Shown: piece after piece, positions 1-11,940 of the stretch
How positions within the stretch are numbered: position 1 is the first letter of the stretch
How the letters are laid out: the number at the start of each line of letters is the position of its first letter
From: Yuukianura sp. NJ FZ-2021
Lineage: Eukaryota
Reading direction: 5' to 3'
Assembly: GCA_046563655.1 (NCBI GenBank)
Contig: CM102284.1
Location: forward strand, 7,502,001-7,566,000
Length of the DNA: 64,000 nucleotides
Translations under genes and position numbers: made by a program
Notes under the pieces: model-generated
Databases searched by the model: none
Told to the model about the DNA's origin: nothing
Seen by the model: only the letters and a program-made list of their open reading frames with translations

Positions 1-1954
1 TTCTGGAAGCGATTGATCCAGCATAGTGCTGAGAATAAGGTGAAGTTGTCCTGATATAGAACGGATTGTCGCCAATTCTTGTACTTCCTTGTGTCATGTC
101 GCCAGATTTGACCTGAAGTCGTCTCGGTCGGCCAGAAATTGTTGTCGGATCTTCTTCCGAGTCAACCCAAGCTGCTGATGTGCGATGATACGCCTGGACA
201 TTGGATCCCTCCGATTCTGCAAATTCCGGAGCTTTCGGTTCTCCGTGGCCTCCTACTCGGAAAGCACAGGTATGTTAGAAAAATTGACCTTTGACCTTTG
301 ACTTTTTGACCTTTGACATTTGACCTTACCTGTTGTGATGAGTGACTCGTAGAGCCGTAGACCTTCACTTTCGGTTGCTGTGACTGCGCCGACTCCTCCA
401 GGACTGTAAGCACCTTCGACAATCGCCACGGTGTCTTTCGCGGTTCGTTCCGTTCCGGATCCAAGGTTATCAGGAGTCACTTGTCGCTTAGTTCGACTGG
501 CAGCGTTTAGTTTCTGTTTCCAAAAAAACACAATTTTGAAATGTAAATTTTTTTTTTCAATTTTAGATTTTCTTTTTTGATTTTTCAGATTTTCCTGGGG
601 AACACATTTTGGAAGAGTCAAATACGGAGAAATCCCAGAAGGCAGAAATTGCAATTTGAAATTGCACATCTTCTGTTCTTTTTTTTCTTGTTTGGATGAA
701 CTTGACATTGGAGTCAATTTTAGCCAAAGTTCAAGATAAAGTTGACCTTGGCATTCAATGTACATAGCAGAGGAAGTCTCTGGGCAAATCCATTTTAATT
801 TACGTCAGAACACAACAGAAAACAGAAACGCTTGTTCAAAAGAAAAAAAAGAAGCTTCAAATTTTGAATTTTTGATACTTTGTTTTCGTTTTTAAGCCTT
901 TAAGCATTTGTCTTGCTTAAGATTTCTGTTTTAAATCACTTTTCTCAAGGGACGTAGATTTAGAAGTGTCTAGAAAAGATTTACTTTTGCCAAAAAATGA
1001 AACAGATGAAAGATTTTTTTAGACGTTGGGTCACATAGGTCAACTTCGGATTCGGAAGCTGAGCCAAAACTTTGTACAAGGACAATTTTTAGCACGTTTT
1101 ATGCCAAATCACGTCCTTCGTTAGAAAGGGCATGGGCTTTCCAGTATAAATTACAATTGCAAATTGCCAAAAATTTAACCAGACCAACTTTTCTCAAAAT
1201 TTTGAACCATGTTCATGAATGGATTTTTTGAAAAATGTCACAATTTTACCCCAAAACAATTTCCTTTTCCCAAAATTTTGAACCATTCGACGAAATTATG
1301 GATGAATTTTTAGGAAAATGCCGGAATTTTACCCCAAAAACGGTTTCTTCCATTTCCTTTTCTCAAAATTTTGAACCATGACTAAATTTGTTTTTGAAAA
1401 ATGTCAAATTTTACCCCAAAGACAATTTCTTCCATTTCCTTTTCGTCATCTTCTTCCTCCAGGTCAATTCCTTCATCACTTTCGTCACTTACGAGAAGAG
1501 GTACGCCCATGTCATCTTCTTCTTCGTAACTTTCTTCATCATCTTCTGTGTCCTGATGTCCATTCGGCTGAGTCAGTCGAATTGGCACAACAAATGCTTG
1601 GGTCATGACCCCTCCGCGGTCATTGCTCAATCTTTCTGCCTCGACTTGTTCCAATTGACGCAGGAAATGAGCCAGGTCAGTTTCGAGTGCCGTGATTCTG
1701 GTTTCGTAATTTCCAAATTTCGTTTCATAGTGACTCAACAGACCCACTCCAAGGCCAAGACCAACAAAAAGTAACAGGAGACACGCAAAGAGAAGTGGAC
1801 AGGAACGAGGCAGTGTCCGGTTCCGGAAGGAAACTGTGGACGATACACCGACTTCCGGTGGCGGTTGACCTGGAACGAATCCCGGGTATTTCGATTTTAC
1901 TTTTCCGTCACTCCCAATCAGAACTTCGGTCAATTCTGGCTTCATTTTGGGCAA
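1..1954 (-). CDS. Type II single-pass membrane protein (TM, coiled coil, acidic stalk, RTKR furin-like site); 3' end outside window; Eiger/TNF-like or transmembrane-collagen-like layout
   Basis: ORF from ATG 1954 has TM LLFACLLLLFVGLGLGVGLL, heptad segment YETRITALETDLAHFLRQLEQVE and a D/E-rich stretch. Phase-0 donors after 1493 (GTAAGT) or 1415 (GTAAAA) join exon 513-330 (pyrimidine tract plus CAG; KLNAASRTKR...). A phase-1 intron 329-253 leads to exon 252-1, open to the window edge. TATAAAA on the minus strand at about 2119. Confidence 0.6.
284..326. repeat. Six-unit 7-bp tandem repeat (TTGACCT)n filling over half of a 77-nt intron
   Basis: ttgacct ttgacct ttgactt(t) ttgacct ttgacat ttgacct read directly. 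Confidence 0.85.
1189..1445. repeat. Degenerate tandem repeat, about 3 copies of 70-100 bp
   Basis: Recurring caaaattttgaaccat, aattttaccccaaa and tttccttttc blocks starting near 1196, 1272 and 1364. Confidence 0.8.
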
Positions 1955-3535
1955 TTTTTCAAAAAAATTTGCGAAATTTCGAAATTTTTGATCTCTTGGA
2001 ACTACTGTGTTTTTCTTAATGTTTGTAGAACATCACTTCACTTACTGGACGACTTATCACTTGGGCTGACGCACTGACTAAGATTGGAGCGAAGAAGCGT
2101 CAGCGCTGCTCTTTTTATAACTCCTTGGACACAAAATGAAAAGGAAAAGGAGATCTAAACTTTTTTGGAAGATGAGCACTGAATTGGAAGCGTTTAGAAG
2201 GAGACTAGTGTTGAGATACTAAAAAAACAACTTATAGTCTGTCTACTCTGCTTCTCTTTACTGCTTCAACTTAAGTTGTTTACTCGTTTAGTTTGAGTCT
2301 AAGTGGGATTTGATAAGAATGACACTTCAAACTCTAAAAAACTAACTTCTAAGACACTTTTTAATTTAATCCTCCTAACTTTAACGCACTGGATTTTTAT
2401 GACGCTGACGCTGATGACGAAGTTAGTAGCCCTGAAATTTCCAACGGTTTAGACTTAAGGAAGGACGTTGGTCCACCTACGACTGTTCCTTAAGCTTCCT
2501 TCCAGCGTCACTCCAAACACTGACACACAAAAAGGACATTTTACTACGCTCAGACCAAGATTTTGTGGCTTTTGGCACATTTCCTTCCTTTCTTTCTGTT
2601 TTTTAGCAAAAAATAAAATTGATGACACAATTATGACACTACTATGGTAGTACCTAAAACCTAAGCTAAACGAGTCACCTTACGCGTCAAACTTACTATT
2701 TATATGAGTAAATGGAAACAATGAAAGTGAAATGCTACACAAAACATAATTTTTTTTTCAGTTTTTTTGAAAATTTTGTAGACAAAAAAAGTTAACTTCC
2801 GCGACAGGTGAAATTTTACCGAAATTCGGACAGGTGGAAAACGCACCTTGAGGTTTTTTTTCATGAGTGGAGCATAAAGCAGACAAACAGGTTTTTTTTT
2901 TTTGTAAATTACATTTCAATTTATAATTAAAACTTATTAATATTATATATATCATTAATTAATTAAACTATTTTGATGAAACGAGTTTAGATAAATCGTT
3001 TTGAACTATGTACTTGATAAGAAGGATTTGCGCGGGACAATTCAAAGTGGAAATTCTGATCGGACGTTTAAAAAACGTAATTGGAGAGCGAATTTTGTTA
3101 TTCTTTTGTGTTTTTGTATTAATTAGTAGGATTGTTAATTGTTAATTACTGTTAATTAAGGCAATTGTTAACAGTGTTAAATGTTCAGGTCAAAGGTCAA
3201 CGGAATTTAAACGACGCTTAAGTTCGAAGGTGTAAGAAATGTGTGACAGGGCGGCCTCTAGGGGTGGAATGTTGCGAATGTGAAGATGACGATAACTTCG
3301 CAAAAAAGTTCGTTCCATTCATTCCATTGTTATTGTTCCCGCGTGCGTAGCATGTGCTGCGACTGATTTCATTGGTGCGGTGTGGCCATTCGTCGTCGTC
3401 GTGCCTTCGTGGAGGAGCAAACACAGATTGACCTGGGTCAACAACACTTTTAGGAGTATCATCATCATCATCATTATCTGCTTCATCGGCATCGATTGAC
3501 TCTGAACAGCGAATTGTCTACTCCCGGCTGTCCCA

Positions 3536-6046
3536 ATGTCTTCTCGCGTACTTCGTTCGTGGACAAAGAAGATGGACGAAATTACGTTCGGTACTGGTAC
3601 CAACATTCCTGGTAGAAATATGAACCTTGATGTCCGACTGTTTAGTTGACAAACCAGAACCTAATTAACCATTTAATTCCTGTTTAGGGAAAATTAACAG
3701 CCACGGACAGGCGAACAGAGCAAGAGCAGCGCCCAGAAAATACACGGATGAATTTAAACTTCAGGTTTGTAAACATTGTGAGAATGAAACGTTATTTAGT
3801 CTAACCTATTTAGTCGAGCTTTTTCAGTAGATATTGTATTTATTTAAATACTTCGCTAAAATCAGCAAGAAAGCAGAGCAGTCTTTTATACTAAAAAATT
3901 CTATTATTCCTGAATTGTGAATTGATATTTAGGTCGCGAAGAGGGCACTGGAAATCGGACCCGCTCCAGCAGGCAGAGAATTCAACGTTCCCAGCAGTAC
4001 ACTGTGGAGATGGATGATAAAGCTCAAAACGGATGGAAAGCCAGGAGTGATAAGCACTGAGGAACATCATGAGTCCCCAGCATCGGAAGCAGAAGATGTC
4101 ATCACGGCTGATGCCAGTATCCATGAACAAATCGAACCTACTGCTATTACTACTGAAGAAAATCTCAGACCCGACACACCAGCCTCAGACGTCGAACTTA
4201 CGTTCGGTACCAATATTCCTGGTAGAAATATGAACCTTGATATCCGACTGTTTAGTTGACAAACCAGAACCTAATTAACAATTTAATTCCTGTTTAGGGA
4301 AAATTAACAGCCACGGACAGGCGAACAGACCAAGAGCAGCGCCCAGAAAATACACGGATGAATTTAAAGTTCAGGTTTGACGCTAGTAAACATTGTGAGA
4401 ATGAAACGTTATTTAGTGTAGTTAGTCAAGGTTTTTCAGTAAATATTGTATTTATTTAAATATTTCGCTAACATCAGCAAGAAAGCAGAGCAGTCTTTTA
4501 TACTAAAAAATTCTATTATTCCTGAATTGTGAATTGATATTTAGGTCGCGAAGAGGGCACTGGAAATCGGACCCGCTCCAGCAGGCAGAGAATTCAACGT
4601 TCCCAGCAGTACACTGTGGAGATGGATGATAAAGCTCAAAACGGATGGAAAGCCAGGAGTGATAAGCACTGAGGAACATCATGAGTCCCCAGCATCAGAA
4701 GCAGAAGATGTCATCACGGCTGATGCCAGTATCCATGAACAAATCGAACCTACTGCTATTACTACTGAAGAAAATCTTGGACCCGACACACCAGCCTCAG
4801 ACGTCGAACTTACGTTCGGTGCGAATATTCCTGGAAGAAATATGAACGTTGGATTGGTGGACAAAGCCAGCAATGTTTACTTCATTGAGAAAATTGTGGC
4901 CAACAAATGGTGGTTTCCAGTGGAGGACCAACTGTACTTGTACGTCAAGTGGTGTGGGTGGGCCACGTAAGCAAAAGCTTGTTTATTTAAATGACTATGA
5001 ATTTAATACTCTGATTTACCTCGTTTTTAACATGCTTTTCTAAAATTTTAGAAAATATAATACCTGGGAGCCCCTGAAAAATCTAGTGGTCGACTGTCCT
5101 CTGTTGGTGGCAAAGTTTATGAACGAACTGTCTCCCCGCCTCAACGGAGCCAAGAAAGCGTCAGAATTTTGTAATTCGGCTTTGGAGGACAGCTACAAAG
5201 GAACTTCAAAACGTCCACAACGAACCTGCCAAGGTATTAAAATGCTAATACAACCTAACGTAATTATTATATTTAATTACATTTGAATCAAGCATTCACT
5301 CAAATTCAATTGTTTCAGGAAAAGCTGAAACCTCGGAGGAAGCAGTTCCATTGCCAGTTAAAAGGGGGAGGGGAAGGCCACGGAAATGTCCAGACGTGAC
5401 ACCCCGCGTTGTCGTCACACCACCTTCGACAAATGCTGGAGCAAGAAAACGGGAACCACAGCGGAAGGCTTCGACGCAAAGCCATGGGAGCACAGTTTCA
5501 AATGGCTCCGTGCGGAAACGAGTCCGAACTGGGAAAGATTCGGTTATGGAAGGTTCGTCTTCGGTGCGAAATTACCCGCCTGCTGGATCTACTACTCCAA
5601 TCAGAGAAGTGGCAGAAGACTTACCACCAACTGGACTTCGACGACCGCCGAATACACCGCAAATCGAACACGGAACACAGATCTCCTACGATATTCTGAA
5701 GAACATCAAGAAACTCATAGTCAGCGGAAAGGTAAATGAAAAAAGCGGAAAAAGTAGTAATCGGAATTGGCAGTACACTACTTTGTTTAAATGTTAGGTC
5801 ATGAGATGCTTGCCAGCATCCGCTTTTGAGGCTGAGGATAATCCAGCTCTTGATCCGACTCTGGAGATTGCAGGAGTACTGGACATTCCAGAAGTGAAGC
5901 ACAAGGCCTACTGCGTTCGATACGGAATGGACGAAGAGAAGTTCATTTTCGTGTTCGATGTCATTGCTGAAAAGTACATTCCGGAAATACTGGCCAAGTA
6001 TTTGAAGAATCCTGAGCGTTGGGTAACTGTTGAACGCGAGGAATAG
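3536..6046 (+). CDS. HP1-like protein, about 594 aa: 2x Brinker/pogo-type HTH, chromodomain, AT-hook, divergent chromoshadow-like domain
   Basis: Exons 3536-3611, 3688-3764, 3933-4221, 4298-4374, 4545-4966, 5052-5233, 5319-5731, 5798-6046; all GT-AG and phase-consistent (1785 nt). HTH RKYTDEFK(L/V)QVAKRALEIGPAPAGREFNVPSSTLWRWM twice. Chromodomain VYFIEKIV...[32 protein letters not shown]. AT-hook KRGRGRPRK. C-terminal LEIAGVLD...YCVRY...IAEKYIPEILAKY. Confidence 0.8.
3582..4850 (+). repeat. Intragenic tandem duplication, about 611-bp unit (2 full copies plus about 40 bp of a third)
   Basis: ttacgttcggt...attcctgg(t/a)agaaatatgaac recurs at about 3582, 4198 and 4810. The two full units are near-identical in exons and introns, with scattered substitutions and small indels. 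Confidence 0.95.
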
Positions 6047-9000
6047 GTATGTCTAAAAACGTTTTTTGAACGATTTCTATAGAATTTACTGAATCAGCTT
6101 GAGCCGTTCTTGCTAAAAACTGGTAGTTTGTAAAAGTCGAAGTTTTAATTCTGCTGTAAGGCGCGTCTGTTTAGTTTTAAAATGCATCGTATCTGGAATT
6201 TCTTGACCTAAACAAGTCATCTTTTCTTGTTAGGTTAAGTTTAGAGCGTTAAACAAGAAAAGATGAACCAGAAGCGCGGTTTGAAAGATAATTTGAAAGA
6301 TTGTGTTGACTTGAATTCCTTCTTTTGAAATTCTCTGATTGTTATTGCAGATCTGGCGAGTGGCGACGGACACATTGGGCCCTAAACATCCTCTGATGCT
6401 ATTGTTATACTTCACATCTCTACTTGTACTTCCCTCTGGTCACTTTAGGATTAATGGACATGACTTGACAGAAGAATGACGTTTGTACTTTTCAGCTGCG
6501 GAGTCTGTCATATGATAAGAATACTTGTAAGTACAATTTAAATTTATACGCTCCAACTTTGGCACCAAGCGTCTTGGCTCCAAAAACATTTTGGCAAAAA
6601 TGTTGGAGTCTTTTTGACCTCTATCTCATCTCTGGTCCATTGATCCACTTTGGTTCTACTTTTAAGTAGGCGGAAAGATCACAAGTGCAAAGTAAAGCGA
6701 TTTAAAGCGAAAGCTGACAAATCGCTTTGGCTTGGTTTGCTCTGCAGTGAAATTATGGCACTTCTGTGTTACGCAGATGAATTTTTTAAATGTTATCGCT
6801 GGATCTTTCCGTCTCCTAACCGGTCGTTGAACTTATTTTGCCAAAATAGAAAAACACAATTAATTAGTAGTTGGGATTCCATTCTTAGTATTTTATGTTA
6901 CTGTTGTCAGTTTTTAGTTTGTTGTCACTTTTTAGTGTAATTGTGACGTATTATGGTGACAATGACTTTAGTAGTTTCATACCATAACAAAATTTTGGAG
7001 TTTATTTTTGTAATTTTCAGGCCCATCGTAACTCTTTTAGGTGTTTAGAATGCCAATTGTGACGTGATGTGATGTTTTAGTTTTTAGAAAAAGTGGATCA
7101 AACTGGATGTTTAGAAAAATAGTTCAGACGAGATTGGAGATTGTCCTTCCGTGTTTACTTTTTTAGTTTTAGGACAAGGGGAGGTCAAGGTCAATTTAAT
7201 TTAGATTTTTTCACTTGGATTTGTTCAACTTAGATTTGTTCAACCGTGTCAATATTTCAATTAACTTTATTTTTCTGTTCAACATGACAAGTACATTCCC
7301 AGAATGTTGGACAATAACAATAGTAATACAAAAGAATTTAGAGTTCATAGTTGTTAGTTTTGGTAAATACTGGTTTTCAATGTAAATTTCAAAAGAGTAA
7401 TTGACAACAGTTGAGTGACAGAAACCAGAGACCAGAAAATTTGTGTTTTAAAAGAGATGAGCTTCAATTTAGGAAAAAACCGTTAGGATTTTAGATCATG
7501 ACACGCAGCTAAGCTGTAATTTAGAATTTAGTGGTAATTATTAGGGTGAATAATAGATTAGTGTAAGTTTTATTTTTTGGATTAGCCATGATTCAGTGTC
7601 TATTGTTGTTGTTTTGTTGAGACTAGGATAATAAAGTGATTTAAATTTTCCTGGAACTTTAGTGTTAGAAAAATTTTTAGCGTTCATTGTTTTGAAACCA
7701 TGACCTATGACAAAGTTTACTCTAGTTGTTCCACGAAACTGTAAAATTTAGCAGACCAGACAGGAAGAAAAATAAAACTGGAGAGTAGTATAGCGGTTGA
7801 TTCATTGTCTGGAGTTTAAAAAAAAAGTTTTTCAAAATCCAGAAACATTTTCAGGTTCTTCTAAGAGAAAAAGTTGCTTTTGGATTTTGAATTTCCGACT
7901 CGAGTGAGATAAGATGCTTAGGTTTTTAGAGAAAGTTTTCCGTTTCTGTTTTGAAAATGTTGGATTTGAGCTGCAGAACGTGTTAAAAACAGGATTTGAA
8001 AAACCAGTCACGTGGCGGTGGCAATGGTGACAGGTATTTAGGCTAAATTAGAAACTTGAAAGAAAAGCCGCTGAGATGGTGATGCTGCTGGTTATGATAT
8101 GCTGGGGTGACCAAATCCAAACTTAAGTACCCCCTTAAGTCCCCTGCTTAAAGTGGAAGTGACAAAGTAATTAGGATGATGCCAAAATAAATGATGGGGA
8201 TAAGCTGAAGTGCTTGGGCGGTCCCTGGTCACCGTCTGCTTCTTGTCTGAAACCACACGAAGGGCCCAGGAGCCCTTAGCAGGTTTCTGTGTGCTTTTTA
8301 GACAATACAAAGATGAGCAGACGGTCAACCCCTTCTTCTTTTGAATCAATTGTGTTTGTGTATTGGTCAATTGTCCACTACTGGGCCAGTGGGCCACCAG
8401 CAGGGTTCCATCAAAATCCAAAAGTGGACACACGACAAACACACGCATGAAATCAAGCGAAAGAGGATTTTCGGTGTTTCTGAAAGCTTTAGCACAGGAG
8501 GCATTTGGTTTGCAGATCAGTCCGAAGTTTTAGAATTGCGGAAGAGAAAGTTTAAAGTTTTTCAAGGCTCAGGTTTATGAAAAAGCAAAATGCCGAAGAA
8601 AAATTTCAAAATTCTTGAACTATGAATTTCATAAACTCATAGATAGTGAACTGTTACGGCGTTAAAACTCTGCAAAAAAAATCCTGCATTTTGTGTTTTG
8701 TAGAATTAATATTGAATTCTAACTTTTTTGTATTTGTAGGAATTTTTGAATTCATCTAAATTTTGAATTGATTGGAAAAGCTTCTTTCTTCTTGAAAAAA
8801 TGCTTTTTGTTGTTATAACTTTGGTTTTTAATGGAATATCAAAGCTTTTAGGATTAAGAAGTACTATGCATTCAAAGACATTTTAACGGAAAAATGCAAA
8901 TGTTGTTCAAAACTATAAGCTAAGGGCGGTGCATAGTACGCGTCCTATTGTTGTTCTTGGGCTTGTGATTGGCTGTCCATTGTCATGTTAAGTCCCCTAT

Positions 9001-9311
9001 GACAAATCCCGGCCTCTTTTCAGGTTATATGATGCTTGGAAGTATTTTGGAATTCAAAATCCAAAACAACATGTATGAACTATTGAGGGGTTAAGGTTTA
9101 AGGGACAGTGTAATGTTAAGGTAATTCAAAAATTGAAACAACTACAGTATCAGTGCTTAGAATTTTTTGGATTATTGAGGCAGTGACATCAAAGTGACCA
9201 GCAGAGTCTTTGAAAAAGTGTAGTGTTGTCTAGTAATCTTGGAGTTTTTGAAAACATAATCTTTCAAAAAGTTAATTTGTAGAGATAAACTTTTAAAAGT
9301 TAGTAATTGAC

Positions 9312-10436
9312 ATGGACGCTAGTGGTTCCTCCAAGGACGAATGTCAACATCAGTGGACGCAAGATGCTGGAAGCAGTACTGAATCACTGGGACATGGTCC
9401 ATGCAGCAGTACTTTGAGTACTGCCAGTAGTTCTGCGTGTTACCTCTGTGGGTACGAGTCTGCGCGACAATCAAATGTCATACGGCATATGAAAACGATG
9501 CATGAACCGACGCAGGCGCAAGACTTCCAGTGTTGTGACACAATGTAAGTGACTAAATTTATAAATTTTACTTTTTGATTCATATTCTTCGAAAAACACT
9601 GATTTTTTTTTGTGTTTTTTAGATTTCCTGACAAAGCAGAGTACAGAGACCATTGTCGCCAAGTTCACCGTGAAGGTCACCAGTGTCAGATTTGTCAGCG
9701 TCGCTTCACGCGTCGTGCGTTACTGCGTCGTCACCAAAGTGTCCATACTGGATTCAAGGAATTTTCGTGTCCAGCATGTACTTATGCGTCTTCCCACAAG
9801 TCCAATTTAGAACGGCATTTTAAAACACACGGAAGCGATTTCCCGCTTTCGCTTGGAAATAAGCCAAGAGCAAACCGGAAGCGGAAAAATCCTCAGCCGG
9901 ATTCAACTACGTCTTCTTCTACCGGCAACCTCGAGTCACTTGGCTACCAATTTCCGATTCTGCGCAACATACTTAAAGTCAATTCGTCACCTCCAAGCAG
10001 AACTAAAGTGCAACCAAAGTTAAGTCACTCTATCGAATCAATTTTGAATCGGAAGGAAGTGGGACACCGCGGAGAACAGTCGGAAGCTTCCAGTACAAGC
10101 AAGGACGAAGCCAAGACAAAAGAAGTCTGTCTACCGCCAATCATTAATCATTCCTTGTCATCACCCTTCACTTGGACACTGCCTTTTGGACAACAGCAGC
10201 AGGGGCCCTTGAAAAATCAAGGGCCTCCTGCCTTCTTACAGGGGCCCTTGAGAAGTCAAGGGCCTCCTGCGTTGTTACCGAGTCAGGATTTACGGATTTA
10301 TGGGAGAAGTGACTGGTTGGAGGTGCCACAGATTTGGTGGAATCCATTTTTCACACCTCAACAACACCTTGTGTCAACGACTAATTATTCTTACCCTAAT
10401 TACACAAATAATACGGATAAGGGACCCCCAGTGTAG
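9312..10436 (+). CDS. C2H2 zinc-finger protein, about 348 aa, 4 fingers, eh1-like motif
   Basis: Exons 9312-9544 and 9623-10436 (GTAAGT...TAG, phase 2). Fingers CYLC..H..H, CCDT..H..H (atypical), CQIC..H..H, CPAC..H..H with linker TGFKEF. Downstream motif HSIESIL. Confidence 0.85.
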
Positions 10437-10890
10437 CTTGTACCCTTATAGGACCCTTAGACTTTAGAATTGTGTCTATTTTCAAAGTTTGGTAGCATAT
10501 TTTTGAAAATCCTGCTTTTTACAGGATTTTAGACGAACTTTTTTAATAAAAGTTTCATAGATACTTGGCAGCATCAATATAAATATTTGACTTGTTGCTA
10601 TGGCGACAAGCCATCCCCTTCCATTATTGTTTGCGATGGATGTAAACTTTCTCATCCTGTTCTTTTTTTTCGAAAACTATTCAACTTTTTGAAAATTGAA
10701 AAAAAAATCATAATTTTTTCGAAAAAGTTATTCAGAGGAGTTGAATTTGTGAAAAAATGGCTAATTTTCGAAAACTGGTTGGCGAGCCCAGTGACCAAAG
10801 TTTCCGTACGTCACTGATTGTTGATTAATCTTTAGCAAAAATTCACAATTGATTTATACTATTGTCGTTGTTTTTATAGATACTGTGGAC

Positions 10891-11940
10891 ATGAATCCGG
10901 ATGGACGTCATGGCCGTGGTGACGAAATGTCGCCGTCAAAGCAGCGACACAAGCAAAATGAAGATGAGTTGCTCGGAACAGAATGGGACAAAATCAAGGT
11001 CAACGGGACGAGAGTTGCTTTTTCGTATGGAAAACCCGCTAAAAAGTTAGAGCCGAAGACGACACAAGGATTCGTCACCGCTGCTGGTCCGCGACTGCCA
11101 CCTTTCACCTGTAGTCTCTGCTTGGGCCCCGTGATTGAGGTCATGACCTTGAATTTACTTTTCAAAAACTTCAAAATTCAAACAATTAATTGACATTTTG
11201 AACTTTTCCAGGCAACCATTCCCCTCTGTGGCCACAGCATATTTTGCCGAAAGTGTATTGAAGAGTGCAAGAAGCATTTCAACGCTTGTCCAGTTTGTGG
11301 CGGATCTCTTGGTGACCTTGTTCGAGTGTACGAAGTGGACATGGTCATGGACGAGTACTTTGCGCATGACGCTTCGTCAGACGACATTCTGCGATATGCT
11401 GTTGCCAAGCAGAAGCGATTTGCTGAGCTTCTTGAAGCAACGGAGGCTCAGAAGACAAGTTACCGAAAAGCCCTGGTGAGGAAGCTGGAGCTGATTTGTG
11501 TTCGGTTTCGGACGAAGGGCGTTGGTGCTGGACTTGGAGCCGTCGTGAGCCAAATGTGTTGCCGTGCTAGAAGCATTTCCAGTACCAAGATTCAAGGCCA
11601 CTTTTGCACTGGAATTGTGATGGGCATTGTCATCGGCTTGATTATCGTTCTGTTTGGAGGCAGTACCAGTCCCGGCACAAGATTAGTCAACTTCTGCTGG
11701 AGTCACATTGTAGATGGATTCTGTAAATTCAGTAACCCCTGTGCTCAAACGGCAGGTAACAGTTGTTAATCCACGTAACCTGAGTTAATTGACATGAATT
11801 CTAGTAGGTCAAAGGTCATGCCATGAATCTTCATTCCAATAGGTGCACCACCTCCTCCTCTTCCTCCAGCATCCTTTGATCTCTGGGGTTGGCTTCGCTG
11901 TTTGATACCGATTCCAGGTTGGATTAAGTCCTGGTTCTAA
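10891..11940 (+). CDS. RING-HC (C3HC4) E3 ligase with hydrophobic TM segment, paralog A, about 296 aa
   Basis: Exons 10891-11139, 11212-11755, 11843-11940. RING CSLC..E|ATIPLCGHSIFCRKC..CPVC. TM GIVMGIVIGLIIVLF. Confidence 0.8.

Noticed and set aside
514-765. N-terminal part of ORF 253..765 as coding
   Set aside because: It runs through A-tracts and a pyrimidine tract ending in CAG at 514, so it is better explained as intron.
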